From Candidatus Omnitrophota bacterium (GTDB lineage Bacteria; Omnitrophota; Gorgyraeia; Gygaellales; Profunditerraquicolaceae): a DNA stretch of 64,000 nt. Numbering within the stretch: position 1 is the stretch's first letter; each line of letters starts with the position of its first letter. The notes below the pieces were generated by a model. The model saw only the letters and a program-made list of their open reading frames with translations. It was not told where the DNA came from and did no database searches. This document shows, one piece after another, positions 1 to 9,783 of the stretch. The stretch lies in contig JAQURC010000001.1 in the NCBI GenBank assembly GCA_028715785.1, positions 140,766 to 204,765 on the forward strand, in the 5' to 3' direction. Position numbers and translations under genes: made by a program.

Positions 1-469
1 CACCTTTATCAATTTCGGCACTAAAATCGGTATGGATACGGTGATTTATCCCTTTACAGTAATTGAAAGGGGTGTTAAAATTGGAAAGCGTTGTTCGGTA
101 GGTCCTTTTGCGCACCTGCGTGAAGATGTCTCCCTTGGCGATAATGTAAGAGTCGGAAATTTTATTGAAATAGTGCGCGCCAAAATCGGCGCTAAAACGT
201 TAGTCAAGCACTTTTCTTATCTCGGAGACAGCTCTGTCGGCTCAAGCGTTAATATTGGAGCAGGGGCAGTTACGGCTAACTTTGATGGCCTAAAGAAAAA
301 TCACACGGTCATTAAGGATAATGTTAATATTGGTTCAGATACCGTGATCGTTGCTCCGGCAAAAATCGGTAAATTCGCCGTTACCGGCGCCGGCTCGGTA
401 ATTACTAAAAATGTTCCGGAAGGGGTTGTTGTGGCAGGGGTTCCGGCCAGGATCTTAAAGAAACGCTAA
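1..469 (+). CDS. glmU: GlmU C-terminal acetyltransferase domain (gene continues upstream of the window)
   Basis: Left-handed beta-helix hexapeptide repeats (VGNF.EI, IGAGAVTANFDG); the frame is open to base 1. Followed by prs, as in many genomes. Confidence 0.7.
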   Translation, partial: TFINFGTKIGMDTVIYPFTVIERGVKIGKRCSVGPFAHLREDVSLGDNVRVGNFIEIVRAKIGAKTLVKHFSYLGDSSVGSSVNIGAGAVTANFDGLKKNHTVIKDNVNIGSDTVIVAPAKIGKFAVTGAGSVITKNVPEGVVVAGVPARILKKR

Positions 470-572
470 GGTAGAGATGGACCCCGCACCTTCTAAATAT
501 TCGTTGTTTAATACGCCGAAGGTTTAAGGGGTTAAATAAAAAAATATTATTAAATAAGAAAGAAGGTGCGGG

Positions 573-1511
573 GTGGATAAGCTGGCAATTTTTAGCGGTA
601 ACGCAAACCCGGAGTTAGCCTGCGCTATCTGTAAAAATTTAAGGGTAAAATTACAGGATGCCCTGGTTGGCAGGTTCAGCGAAGGCGAGATACGGGTAAA
701 GATCAATGAGAATGTGCGCGGAAAAGATGTCTTTATCGTGCAGCCGACCTGCCCGCCGTCAAATGACAACCTGATGGAACTATTGATTATGATCGACGCC
801 TTGCGCAGGGCAAGCGCCAACAGGATTACCGCGGTCATCCCGTATTTTGGTTATGCCCGCCAGGACAGGAAAGACCAGCCGCGCGTGCCGATCACCGCCA
901 AATTAGTGGCCAATCTTTTGACTGTCGCCGGGGCAAACCGGATCCTGACCATGGATTTGCACGCCGGCCAGATCCAGGGTTTTTTCGATATCCCCGTGGA
1001 CCATCTTTTTTCCGTGAACGTATTCGTGGATTATTTTTCCAAGATGGATATTAAAGATCTGGTCGCCGTCTCTCCCGATGTGGGGAGCATTAAGATGGCC
1101 AGGGCTTACGCCAAAAGAGTCTCTGCGGACCTTGCCATAATCGATAAGCGCCGGGTTTCCCCCGAGAAAGCCGAAGCCATGCATATTATGGGCGAGGTAG
1201 AAGGCAAAAATGTGATTATCGTCGATGATTTGATTGCCACAGGCAGTTCTTTGGTTGAGGCGGTAGGGGCTTTAAAAAAAGCCGGCGCCAAAACTATTTA
1301 TGCCGCGATTGCCCACGGTATTTTATCCGGGCCGGCGATCCAGCGCATCGATCAATGTGACGGCCTGGAAAAACTGCTTATCTCCGACAGTGTTCCTCAA
1401 GCCGCGGAGAAAAGCAATCCAAAAATTCAAGTGCTTTCAGTGGCCAATCTTTTGGCCGAAGCGATAAAAAGAATACACAACGAGGAGTCAGTTAGCTGCC
1501 TATTTGACTAG
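573..1511 (+). CDS. prs: Ribose-phosphate pyrophosphokinase
   Basis: 312 aa; N-terminal FSGNANPELA, the PRPP-binding loop DLHAGQIQGFF, and the DDLIATGSS motif. Confidence 0.9.
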   Translation: MDKLAIFSGNANPELACAICKNLRVKLQDALVGRFSEGEIRVKINENVRGKDVFIVQPTCPPSNDNLMELLIMIDALRRASANRITAVIPYFGYARQDRKDQPRVPITAKLVANLLTVAGANRILTMDLHAGQIQGFFDIPVDHLFSVNVFVDYFSKMDIKDLVAVSPDVGSIKMARAYAKRVSADLAIIDKRRVSPEKAEAMHIMGEVEGKNVIIVDDLIATGSSLVEAVGALKKAGAKTIYAAIAHGILSGPAIQRIDQCDGLEKLLISDSVPQAAEKSNPKIQVLSVANLLAEAIKRIHNEESVSCLFD

Positions 1512-1526
1512 GAGAGAAAGGTTGAA

Positions 1527-2222
1527 ATGGAAGAGATAGTTTTAGAAGCAGAGTTAAGAGAGGGTAAAGGAAGGGCCAGTTCTAAAGATTTAAAGGAAAG
1601 CGGTTATTTGCCCGCGGTAGTTTATTCCCACGGCAAGGACGCCTTATCCGTAAAAATTTCCAGGGGCGCGCTTTTAAGATTAGTGCATCAGCATCATTTG
1701 GAAACAAGTATTATTACCTTAAAGATCAAGGATGACAAGAAGGCCAAAGGCCGCCCTTGCCTGATCAAAGAGATCCAGCATGATCCGGTAGGAGAAGATA
1801 TCATCCATGTGGATTTTAATGAAATATCGCTCACCGAGACGATTAAAGTTAATATTCCGATTGAGACCAAGGGTGAAGCTGCCGGCGTTAAACAGGAAGG
1901 CGGATCTTTAGAGCACTTACTCTGGGAGGCGGAAGTAGAATGTCTGCCTACGAATATCCCTAAGAGCATAGAAGTGGATATCAGCGCCCTTAAAATGGGT
2001 GAAGCTATCCATGTGAAAGACATGGCTTTTCCTTCGGGGGTCAAGTGTTTGAATGACCCGGCCGCGGTTGTCTTGCATGTAGTGGCTCCGATGAAGGAAG
2101 AGGCGCCGGCGGAAGCAGTTGAAGGGGAAGCTAAAGAGGAACCCGAAGTTATTAAAGAAAAGAAAGAAGTTCCTGCCGAAGGCGCTCCAGCTAGCGAGGC
2201 TAAAGAGAAAGAAAAGAAGTGA
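1527..2222 (+). CDS. rplY: 50S ribosomal protein L25 / general stress protein Ctc
   Basis: The N-terminal L25 fold motif (LEAELREGKG..YLPAVVYSHGKD) with an acidic/lysine-rich C-terminal extension typical of the Ctc form. Confidence 0.8.
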   Translation: MEEIVLEAELREGKGRASSKDLKESGYLPAVVYSHGKDALSVKISRGALLRLVHQHHLETSIITLKIKDDKKAKGRPCLIKEIQHDPVGEDIIHVDFNEISLTETIKVNIPIETKGEAAGVKQEGGSLEHLLWEAEVECLPTNIPKSIEVDISALKMGEAIHVKDMAFPSGVKCLNDPAAVVLHVVAPMKEEAPAEAVEGEAKEEPEVIKEKKEVPAEGAPASEAKEKEKK

Positions 2223-2797
2223 AGATAATTGTGGGTTTAGGGAATCCCGGTTTAATCTATTCGGGTTCCCGGCACAATATCGGTTCGGCAATCGTAAAAT
2301 CTTTAGCGGTTTCTTTAAAGGTCGCCCTTAAAAGGGATAATTCGGTTCTTTCTTCAGTAGGCGCGGCTAAATTAGGCCAGCATAACATAGTATTAGCCCT
2401 GCCGCGGACCTTTATGAATTTGAGCGGTAAAGCCGTCAGCGCCTTGCTTAAGAAATTTAAAGGCGTGCCGTCCGACCTTTTGGTAGTCTGCGATGATTTG
2501 GATCTGGAGCTGGGCAGGATGAAGATTCGCCCCAGCGGTTCAAGCGGCGGCCACCGCGGGTTAGTTTCGATCATTGAGCATTTGGGAACACAAAATTTCA
2601 GCCGCCTGCGTATCGGCATCGGCCGGCCAAAAAACGCAGTCGATGCGGCGGATTATGTGCTTACGGGTTTTTTACGCGGCCAGAGAATGCTGGTCCAAGA
2701 GGTAAAAGAGGACGCCGTCAATTGCTGCCTAAGCTGGGCGGAAAAAGGCGTAGTTGAAACCATGAACATGTTTAACACAAGGAGTAGAAATGAATAA
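2219..2797 (+). CDS. pth: Peptidyl-tRNA hydrolase
   Basis: MKIIVGLGNPG...RHNIG signature; GTG start; 192 aa. Confidence 0.9.
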   Translation: MKIIVGLGNPGLIYSGSRHNIGSAIVKSLAVSLKVALKRDNSVLSSVGAAKLGQHNIVLALPRTFMNLSGKAVSALLKKFKGVPSDLLVVCDDLDLELGRMKIRPSGSSGGHRGLVSIIEHLGTQNFSRLRIGIGRPKNAVDAADYVLTGFLRGQRMLVQEVKEDAVNCCLSWAEKGVVETMNMFNTRSRNE

Positions 2798-3077
2798 GTA
2801 TGAAGCAATGGTAATTGTCAGGCCCGATTTATCCGATGAAGATAAAAAAACGTTATTTAAGCAGATTGATGAGGCGGTAACTAAAAATGGCGGCCAGATC
2901 TCCAGCTCGGGAGTCTGGGCGGAGAGGCGTAAATTTTATTTCCCGATCAATAAATTCATGGAAGGGATTTATTACCTGGCGGCATTCAGCGCCCCGTCGC
3001 CGGCAATCAAAGAGATCCGCAATATTTATAAACTTAATGAAAATATCCTGAGAGTCCTGTTTACGCGGATGGAGTAA
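2790..3077 (+). CDS. rpsF: 30S ribosomal protein S6
   Basis: MNKYEAMVIVRPDLSDE..., the typical S6 N-terminus; 95 aa; followed by ssb–rpsR–rplI. Confidence 0.85.
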   Translation: MNKYEAMVIVRPDLSDEDKKTLFKQIDEAVTKNGGQISSSGVWAERRKFYFPINKFMEGIYYLAAFSAPSPAIKEIRNIYKLNENILRVLFTRME

Positions 3078-3082
3078 AAACT

Positions 3083-3119
3083 TAGGGGACGGTTCTCTTT
3101 TTTAAGAGAACCGTCCCCT
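3083..3119 (+). terminator. Perfect 15-bp-stem hairpin after rpsF
   Basis: GGGGACGGTTCTCTT / AAGAGAACCGTCCCC are exact inverted complements. The same stem sequence recurs after lpxI (12704). Confidence 0.5.
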
Positions 3120-3145
3120 GGATTTAAATTTAACAGGGGGTTATC

Positions 3146-3607
3146 ATGGCCAGCTATAATAAAGTATTATTGATGGGCAATCTTACCAAGGATCCTGAAT
3201 TGCGCTATACCCCGCAGGGCACAGCCGTAGCTAACCTGCGCCTGGCGGTAAACCGTAAATACCGCACTAAAGACCAGGAGTTAAAAGAAGAGGTTTGTTT
3301 TATTACCGCGGTAGTTTGGAATAAGCAGGCCGAAACTTGTAACCAGTATTTGCATAAAGGAAGCAGTGTTTTTGTCGAAGGCAGGCTGCAGTCGCGCAGC
3401 TGGGAGGATAATGCCGGAGCAAAGCGCTCGGTAATCGAAGTCAGGGCGGAGCGCGTTCAATTTATGGGCGCTCCGGGGGGAGCGGCTAAGGCGCAGGAAC
3501 AAGCCGGCCAGGTACATACTCAGGCAGCGCCTGAGGCAATGCCTGAGGAGCCGACTAGTGAATCAACATGGTTAGCAGAAAGCGAGGATGAAGCACATGA
3601 AGGTTAA
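3146..3607 (+). CDS. ssb: Single-stranded DNA-binding protein
   Basis: NKVLLMGNLTKDPELRYTPQG OB-fold start, with an acidic C-terminal tail (ESEDEAHEG). Confidence 0.85.
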   Translation: MASYNKVLLMGNLTKDPELRYTPQGTAVANLRLAVNRKYRTKDQELKEEVCFITAVVWNKQAETCNQYLHKGSSVFVEGRLQSRSWEDNAGAKRSVIEVRAERVQFMGAPGGAAKAQEQAGQVHTQAAPEAMPEEPTSESTWLAESEDEAHEG

Positions 3608-3875
3608 GACACGAGGTTTTGATAAAGACAAAAAGAAGCTGTTGAAGAAAAAGAAGGACGCGCTTGGCCCGGCGAGAAAAAGATTTTGCCGGTTTTGCGC
3701 GGATAAGTTAGGCAGTATTGATTATAAGGATATAAAGAGGCTGGAAGTTTTTATCACCGAAAAAGGCAAGATCAATTCCAGCCGTTTTTCCGGTAATTGC
3801 GCCAGGCATCAAAGAAGGATCAGGGAGTTAATCAATAAGGCCAGGTTCCTGTCTTTGATTCCCTACACGCGTTAA
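3588..3875 (+). CDS. rpsR: 30S ribosomal protein S18
   Basis: CRFC..IDYKD..LEVFITEKGKI..SRFSGNCARHQR motif. The true start may be an internal Met. Confidence 0.8.
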   Translation: MKHMKVKTRGFDKDKKKLLKKKKDALGPARKRFCRFCADKLGSIDYKDIKRLEVFITEKGKINSSRFSGNCARHQRRIRELINKARFLSLIPYTR

Positions 3876-3882
3876 ATTTAAG

Positions 3883-4326
3883 ATGGAAGTAATTTTAAAT
3901 AAGGACGTGGAAAAAATCGGCAAGGCAGGCAGCGTGGTCCAGGTTAAAGAAGGGTTTGCCAGGAATTTCCTCTTCCCGCATAATTTAGCCAAGCCGGCTA
4001 CCAGCGGCAGCCTTAAAAGATTGGAACAGGAGAAACAGATAAAAAGCGCCCAATCCGCTAAAGTTAAAGAGGAGCTGCTTGCGGTTAAAGACCGCCTGGC
4101 AGGGCTTTCTTTGACCATTTCCGCGCTGGCCCAGGATGACCAGAATTTATACGGCAGCATCAGCGCCCAGGATATCTGTGCGGCCTTAAAGGAAGAAGGT
4201 TTTTCCATCGATAAGAACATTATCGATTTGGCTGAGCCGATAAAATCTTTGGGGATCTATGAAATCCAGATAAAACTGCATCCGGAAATAACCGCTAAAC
4301 TTAAATTATGGGTAGTCAAAAAATAA
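3883..4326 (+). CDS. rplI: 50S ribosomal protein L9
   Basis: MEVILNKDVEKIGKAGSVVQVKEGFARNFLFP, the canonical L9 N-domain. Confidence 0.85.
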   Translation: MEVILNKDVEKIGKAGSVVQVKEGFARNFLFPHNLAKPATSGSLKRLEQEKQIKSAQSAKVKEELLAVKDRLAGLSLTISALAQDDQNLYGSISAQDICAALKEEGFSIDKNIIDLAEPIKSLGIYEIQIKLHPEITAKLKLWVVKK

Positions 4327-5675
4327 TCTCTCCGCAAGATATGATCTTGGATAAACTGCCTCCGCAGAACCTGGAAGCCGAGATGGCGGTATTGGGATCC
4401 ATGCTCCTGGATGAAGAGGCGGTATCTTCGGCGGCTGAAAAATTAGACGCCGGCTGTTTTTATAAAGATACGCATAAGAAAATCTTCCAGGCGATAATGG
4501 ATCTTTATAATGCCAATAAAGCCGTGGACCTGATCACCCTGACCGATGCCTTAAAGAAGGATGGTTCGCTGGATGAAACCGGCGGGGCAAGTTACCTTAC
4601 CTCTTTAGCCAATGCCGTTCCGACTGCCGCCAATATCAACCATTATGCCGGAATCGTGCGCGAAAAATATATCCTGCGCACCTTAATTAATAACTCCACC
4701 AGGATTATTACTGTTTGCCATGAAAGCCAGGGGAATGTCGCCGAGGTCGTGGATACCGCCGAGAAACTTATTTTTGAGGTCAGCGACCGGAAAAATCAAG
4801 GCACCTACCTGCACCTTAAAGAAATTATCAAGGATAGCATTGAAACAATTGACAGGCTTTATCAGAATAAGGCGCATGTTACCGGAGTGCCCACCGGTTA
4901 CGTGGATTTTGATATCAAGACCGCCGGGCTCCAGCCGTCGGATTTAGTGATTATCGCCGGCCGGCCTTCAATGGGAAAGAGCGCTTTTGCCTTAGGGATA
5001 GCCGAATACGCCGGGGTGATTGAAAAAATACCCACCGCGGTCTTTAGCTTAGAGATGTCCAAAGAGCAATTGGTGCAAAGGATGCTTTGTTCGCACGCCC
5101 GGGTGGACGCGCATAAAGTAAGGACAGGATATCTGGCCACTAGCGATTGGCCGCGCTTGACCGCCGCAGCCGGCAAGCTTTCAGAGGCCCCTATATTTAT
5201 TGACGATACTCCGGCAATCTCGGTTATGGAACTGCGCGCCCGCGCCCGGAGGTTAAAATCCCACCACGACATAAAATTAATTATTTTGGATTATATGCAG
5301 TTAATGCGCGGATCGGCGATGAATATGGAGAGCCGCCAGCAGGAGATTTCGGAAATTTCGCGTTCGCTTAAAGCTTTGGCCAGGGAATTAAATGTTCCGG
5401 TGATTGCCATCAGCCAGCTGTCCCGGGCGGTTGAATCGCGCACCGACCATCGCCCGCAGCTTTCAGATCTGAGGGAATCCGGAGCCATTGAACAGGATGC
5501 CGATGTCGTCGTGCTTATTTTAAGGGAGGAATATTATAATCCTTCTCCCGATAATCAGGGCATTGCCGAAGCCATTATTGCCAAGCAGCGTAACGGCCCG
5601 GTGGGTTCTTTAAAGTTAGCTTTTATCAAGGAATTTACCAGGTTTGATAATCTGTCCAGAGTAGGGGAGGTTTAA
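4308..5675 (+). CDS. dnaB: Replicative DNA helicase DnaB
   Basis: 455 aa; N-terminal NLEAEMAVLGSML, Walker A GRPSMGKSAF, ILDYMQLM, and the arginine-finger region. Confidence 0.9.
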   Translation: MGSQKIISPQDMILDKLPPQNLEAEMAVLGSMLLDEEAVSSAAEKLDAGCFYKDTHKKIFQAIMDLYNANKAVDLITLTDALKKDGSLDETGGASYLTSLANAVPTAANINHYAGIVREKYILRTLINNSTRIITVCHESQGNVAEVVDTAEKLIFEVSDRKNQGTYLHLKEIIKDSIETIDRLYQNKAHVTGVPTGYVDFDIKTAGLQPSDLVIIAGRPSMGKSAFALGIAEYAGVIEKIPTAVFSLEMSKEQLVQRMLCSHARVDAHKVRTGYLATSDWPRLTAAAGKLSEAPIFIDDTPAISVMELRARARRLKSHHDIKLIILDYMQLMRGSAMNMESRQQEISEISRSLKALARELNVPVIAISQLSRAVESRTDHRPQLSDLRESGAIEQDADVVVLILREEYYNPSPDNQGIAEAIIAKQRNGPVGSLKLAFIKEFTRFDNLSRVGEV

Positions 5676-5690
5676 ACCTCCCCTACTATT
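5661..5690 (+). terminator. Hairpin GTAGGGGAGGTTTAAACCTCCCCTAC after dnaB
   Basis: Perfect inverted repeat immediately after the dnaB stop. The same GTAGGGGAGGTT arm recurs after bamA. Confidence 0.45.
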
Positions 5691-5739
5691 GTGGATAAAT
5701 TGCATTGATTTAGAGAATATATTCCGATATAATAATTAA

Positions 5740-8133
5740 ATGCGTAAATTAATTCAGGTATTTCTGGCGTTCCTATTTATCTTTAGCGCGGCTATTTTAG
5801 TTTTGGCTGAAGAAAAACCTCAGGATCAAACTGAACAAACTACAGCCGGTTCTCTCGTATCATCCCCTGCAACCTTAAAAAATGTCACCGCCATGGAGGT
5901 CATCGGCAACAAATCTATCAGCACCAACGTGATCATCTCCAAGATGAAGACGCGCATCGGCAGCGCCTATCAGGAGAATATCGTCAGTGATGACTTAAAG
6001 AGGCTTTACCTGCTGGGATTTTTTAGCGATATTAAAATCGATACGCAGGATTATAAAGGCGGCCTGAAGGTTATTATTAACGTTGTGGAGAGGCCGATTA
6101 TTGAAAAAATTACTTTTTCCGGGATTAATCTGATCACGATGAAGGATGATAAATTAAAGCAGCAGTTAAAGAGCCGGGAGACGCAGTATTTGGATTATCC
6201 TTCTTTGGCCGAGGACGTGCGGATTTTAAAAAAGATGTATGAAAAAATGGGTTATAGCCAGGCCGATATCACTTACAAAGTCGATTTAAATGCCGAAAAT
6301 AATAAAACCAGGATAGAATTTACGGTTGTCGAAGGCAAGAAGGTGCGCATCAAAGATATTATTATCCGGGGGAATAAAACTTTTTCCAGCGGCCGCGTCC
6401 TGAAGCTGCTGAAGACCAAGCGCGCCTGGTTTTTTAATGCCGGGGTTTTAAAGGATGAAGTGCTGACGGAGGATATCGCGCGGATCAAATCTTTTTACCA
6501 GCGCGAAGGTTTTACCGATGTTACGGTGGATTATGAAGTTAAATCCGATGCCAAAAAACCGTATCTGCTTTTTATTACCATCAAGATTAATGAAGGAAAA
6601 AAATACCTGGTCGGTTCGGTTATAGTAAAAGGCAATAAGGAGATTACTGAAAAAGAGATCTTAAGCCGTCTGACCGATTGTGTTCCCGGAAAAGTTTTCG
6701 CTCAAGAAGCGATGAAGAAAGATATTATCAATGTCCAGGGCCTGTATTTTGACCGGGGGTATATTTCCGCGGTTGTCCAGGAGTCCACGATAATTAACGC
6801 CGACAGCGGCCGGGTGGATATAACTTACGTGATTACCGAAAACCAGGTTGTTTATGTCGATAAGATCAAGATCCGGGGCAATATTAAAACCAAGGATCTG
6901 GTTATCCGCAGGGAATTGAGGATCCATCCCGGAGAAAAATTCGACGGGGAGAAGCTGCGGCGCAGCAAGGAGAGGCTGACAAATTTAGGATACTTTGATG
7001 AGGTAAGTTACGATACCGAGGAGAGCCCTGAACCGGATAAAAAGAACCTGCTGGTCGATGTAAAAGAGGCCAAGACCGGCTCATTCAGCTTCGGCGGCGG
7101 TTACAGCACGGTTGATCAGTTTATCGGTTTTATTGAGGTTGAGCAGAAGAACTTTGATTGGAAAAACTGGCCTTATTTTACCGGCGCCGGGCAGAATTTA
7201 AAGGCGCGTGCTTCCATCGGTAATTTAAGCAACGGTTTTGAATTAAGTTTTACCGAGCCCTGGATGTTTGATTACCCGGTTTCTTTTGGGTTTGATTTAT
7301 ATCGCCGCACGCACAAGCGCGATACCGACGTAGGCTACGGTTATGACGAAAAAGTTACCGGCGGAGATTTACGTTTAGGCAAAGAGATATCCGAGTATTT
7401 AAGAGGCGACCTGATGTACCGTCTGGATGAGATAGATATCAGCAATATCTCTTCGGATAATACTGAATTAGATCCTGAAAAGGGCAAAAACCTGATTAGT
7501 GTTGTTACTCCGAGCTTATCCTATGATTCAAGGGATAATGTTTTTGATACCAGGAAAGGCGATTTATTAACGGCTTCAATTGATTTTGCCGGCCTGGGAG
7601 GGGATAAAAATTACACGAAATTTTTTGGCCGGGCCTCGCATTATTTCCCGATGCCCCGGGGCGCGGTACTTGAAGTAAGAGGCAGGCTTGGGTTGGCGCA
7701 GCCGTATGGCAGCACAGATAAGGTCCCTATTTATGAAAGGTTTTTTGCCGGCGGCGCTTACACGATTAGAGGTTATGAAGAAAGAAAAGTTGGTCCGGTT
7801 AGCAATAATTCTTCTCATGACCCGCTGGGCGGCGCTTCAATGGCAGTCGGTAATATCGAATATACTTATCCTTTATTTGGTTTTTTAAAGGTTGCCGCGT
7901 TTTATGATGTGGGTAATGTTTGGGAAAAAATAGGGGATATTTTCTCCAATAAGGATGCCAACGGAGTATCGGATTCCGGAGGGCTTAAATCCGGTTTCGG
8001 CCTGGGCTTGCGGATTAAAACCCCGATCGGCCCGATAATGCTGGATTACGGCATACCTTTAGACAAAGAGCCGGGGGAGAGTTCCAAGAAAAAAGGCGGC
8101 AGATTCCATTTCAGCGCCAGCCATGGATTCTAA
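5740..8133 (+). CDS. bamA: Outer-membrane protein assembly factor BamA
   Basis: 797 aa; signal peptide, multiple POTRA-like repeats, a C-terminal beta-barrel with a terminal aromatic residue (..SASHGF). Conserved bamA–skp–lpxD context. Confidence 0.85.
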   Translation: MRKLIQVFLAFLFIFSAAILVLAEEKPQDQTEQTTAGSLVSSPATLKNVTAMEVIGNKSISTNVIISKMKTRIGSAYQENIVSDDLKRLYLLGFFSDIKIDTQDYKGGLKVIINVVERPIIEKITFSGINLITMKDDKLKQQLKSRETQYLDYPSLAEDVRILKKMYEKMGYSQADITYKVDLNAENNKTRIEFTVVEGKKVRIKDIIIRGNKTFSSGRVLKLLKTKRAWFFNAGVLKDEVLTEDIARIKSFYQREGFTDVTVDYEVKSDAKKPYLLFITIKINEGKKYLVGSVIVKGNKEITEKEILSRLTDCVPGKVFAQEAMKKDIINVQGLYFDRGYISAVVQESTIINADSGRVDITYVITENQVVYVDKIKIRGNIKTKDLVIRRELRIHPGEKFDGEKLRRSKERLTNLGYFDEVSYDTEESPEPDKKNLLVDVKEAKTGSFSFGGGYSTVDQFIGFIEVEQKNFDWKNWPYFTGAGQNLKARASIGNLSNGFELSFTEPWMFDYPVSFGFDLYRRTHKRDTDVGYGYDEKVTGGDLRLGKEISEYLRGDLMYRLDEIDISNISSDNTELDPEKGKNLISVVTPSLSYDSRDNVFDTRKGDLLTASIDFAGLGGDKNYTKFFGRASHYFPMPRGAVLEVRGRLGLAQPYGSTDKVPIYERFFAGGAYTIRGYEERKVGPVSNNSSHDPLGGASMAVGNIEYTYPLFGFLKVAAFYDVGNVWEKIGDIFSNKDANGVSDSGGLKSGFGLGLRIKTPIGPIMLDYGIPLDKEPGESSKKKGGRFHFSASHGF

Positions 8134-8157
8134 GGAACAAGGGGACGGTTTGGTTGC

Positions 8158-8187
8158 TGTAGGGGAGGTTACCTCCCCTACAGCTGT
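8158..8187 (+). terminator. Hairpin CTGTAGGGGAGGTTACCTCCCCTACAG after bamA
   Basis: Perfect inverted repeat, preceded by a GGGGACGGTT motif shared with the 3083 and 12704 hairpins. Confidence 0.45.
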
Positions 8188-8225
8188 TGATAATTGAACG
8201 TAATAACAAACAGGAGGGAGCGGAA

Positions 8226-8729
8226 ATGAGAAGGTTGACAGTAGTTTTGTTGGGGGTAATTTTTAGTTTAGTTTTATTTATGGGGATCGCTCAGGCCGCG
8301 GATAAGTTTGGTTATATCGATTTAAGCCGCACCTTTACCGAATATGGCAAGACCAAGGGGTATGATAAAACTTTAAGCGATAAAGAAAAGGCCTATACCG
8401 AAGAACGTGACAAAAAAGTAGCGGACCTAAAGGCTTTTCAAGATAAATTGAATTTGCTTAATGACAAAGAAAGGGAAGCAAAAAAAGACGACCTTCAGAA
8501 TAAAGTAAAAGCCTTTCAGGATTATGACCGCCAGAAACAGGCCGAACTGCGTAAAGAGCAGGATGAAAGAATGAAAGAGATCCTTAAAGATATCGAGGAA
8601 GCGGTTAAGAAATATTCCGAAAAAGAAGGATACACCTTTGTTTTTAATGACCGGGTCTTGGTTTATCAAAATAAGAGCCTGGACATTACCAACCAGATTA
8701 TCGCCATCTTGAATAAGAGCGGTAAATAG
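8226..8729 (+). CDS. skp: Periplasmic chaperone Skp/OmpH
   Basis: Signal peptide (MRRLTVVLLGVIFSLVLFMGIAQA), a lysine/glutamate-rich coiled region, and position between bamA and lpxD. The start was moved to the Met at 8226, which has a GGAGGGAG ribosome-binding site. Confidence 0.7.
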   Translation: MRRLTVVLLGVIFSLVLFMGIAQAADKFGYIDLSRTFTEYGKTKGYDKTLSDKEKAYTEERDKKVADLKAFQDKLNLLNDKEREAKKDDLQNKVKAFQDYDRQKQAELRKEQDERMKEILKDIEEAVKKYSEKEGYTFVFNDRVLVYQNKSLDITNQIIAILNKSGK

Positions 8730-8748
8730 GCTGATTTTTCAATAGGCT

Positions 8749-9783
8749 ATGCAAAAAACACTTAAGGAAATAGCCGAATTTATCGGCGGACAGGTTGTTG
8801 GCAACGGCGACATCCTGATTACCGGGGCTTCAGGAATCAAAGAGGCCGCCGAAGGGGAGATTACCTTCCTGGCTAACCCCAAATACAGTCCGCTTATGGA
8901 TAAGACCCGCGCCGCGGCGATTGTTACCTCGGCTGAGGCGCAGAAAACTACCAAGCCGATAATCTTGATTGAAAATCCTTCCTTGGCTTTTGCCAAAATT
9001 ATTTCCATGTTTATGCCCGATGAAGTAGGGCATCCTAAGGGCATAGATTATACAGTGGTCTTGGGTAAAGGTGTTTCTTTAGGCCGCGACGTGGCTATCG
9101 GGCCTTATACGGTTATCGGCGATAATGCCGTAATAGGGGATAACGCCATAATTTACGCCGGCTGTTATATCGGCCACCACACAAAAATCGGCGCTAAAAC
9201 TTTAATTTATCCGCATGTTTCCATACGCGAACGCATCAGTATCGGCAGAGGCGTAATTATCCATTCCGGCACAGTCATCGGTTCGGACGGTTTTGGGTTT
9301 GCTACGATTAAGGGGATGCATCATAAGATCCCCCAGGTGGGGACAGTGGAGATCGGCGATGATGTCGAGATCGGCGCCAATGTTACCATTGACCGGGCGC
9401 GTTTTGACAAGACGGTTATCGGCCGGGGCACTAAAATCGATAACCTTGTCCAGATTGCCCATAATGTGGTTATCGGCGAAAATTCCCTTATCGTCGCCCA
9501 GGTAGGCATATCCGGCAGCACGATTATCGGTAATAACGTGACTTTAGGCGGCCAAGCCGGCTTGGTCGGCCATATCAGTATCGGCGATAACGCCATTGTA
9601 ACCGCTCAAACCGGAGTGGCAAAATCCGTCCCGCCGGATACTATGGTTTCAGGTTATCCGGCACGGCCTTTTATGACTACGCAAAGAGCAAACGCCAGCC
9701 TCCAGAACTTACCTAAGCTGTTCGATCTGGTTAAGGAATTAAAGAAAAGGATCGAGAGCCTTGAGGCTAAGTTAAATAAATAA
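8749..9783 (+). CDS. lpxD: UDP-3-O-acylglucosamine N-acyltransferase
   Basis: N-terminal LpxD domain plus long hexapeptide repeats; 344 aa. Confidence 0.85.
   Translation: MQKTLKEIAEFIGGQVVGNGDILITGASGIKEAAEGEITFLANPKYSPLMDKTRAAAIVTSAEAQKTTKPIILIENPSLAFAKIISMFMPDEVGHPKGIDYTVVLGKGVSLGRDVAIGPYTVIGDNAVIGDNAIIYAGCYIGHHTKIGAKTLIYPHVSIRERISIGRGVIIHSGTVIGSDGFGFATIKGMHHKIPQVGTVEIGDDVEIGANVTIDRARFDKTVIGRGTKIDNLVQIAHNVVIGENSLIVAQVGISGSTIIGNNVTLGGQAGLVGHISIGDNAIVTAQTGVAKSVPPDTMVSGYPARPFMTTQRANASLQNLPKLFDLVKELKKRIESLEAKLNK

Noticed and set aside
1694-2331. Minus and plus alternative-frame ORFs overlapping rplY/pth
   Set aside because: Shadow ORFs inside well-supported ribosomal-protein and pth genes.
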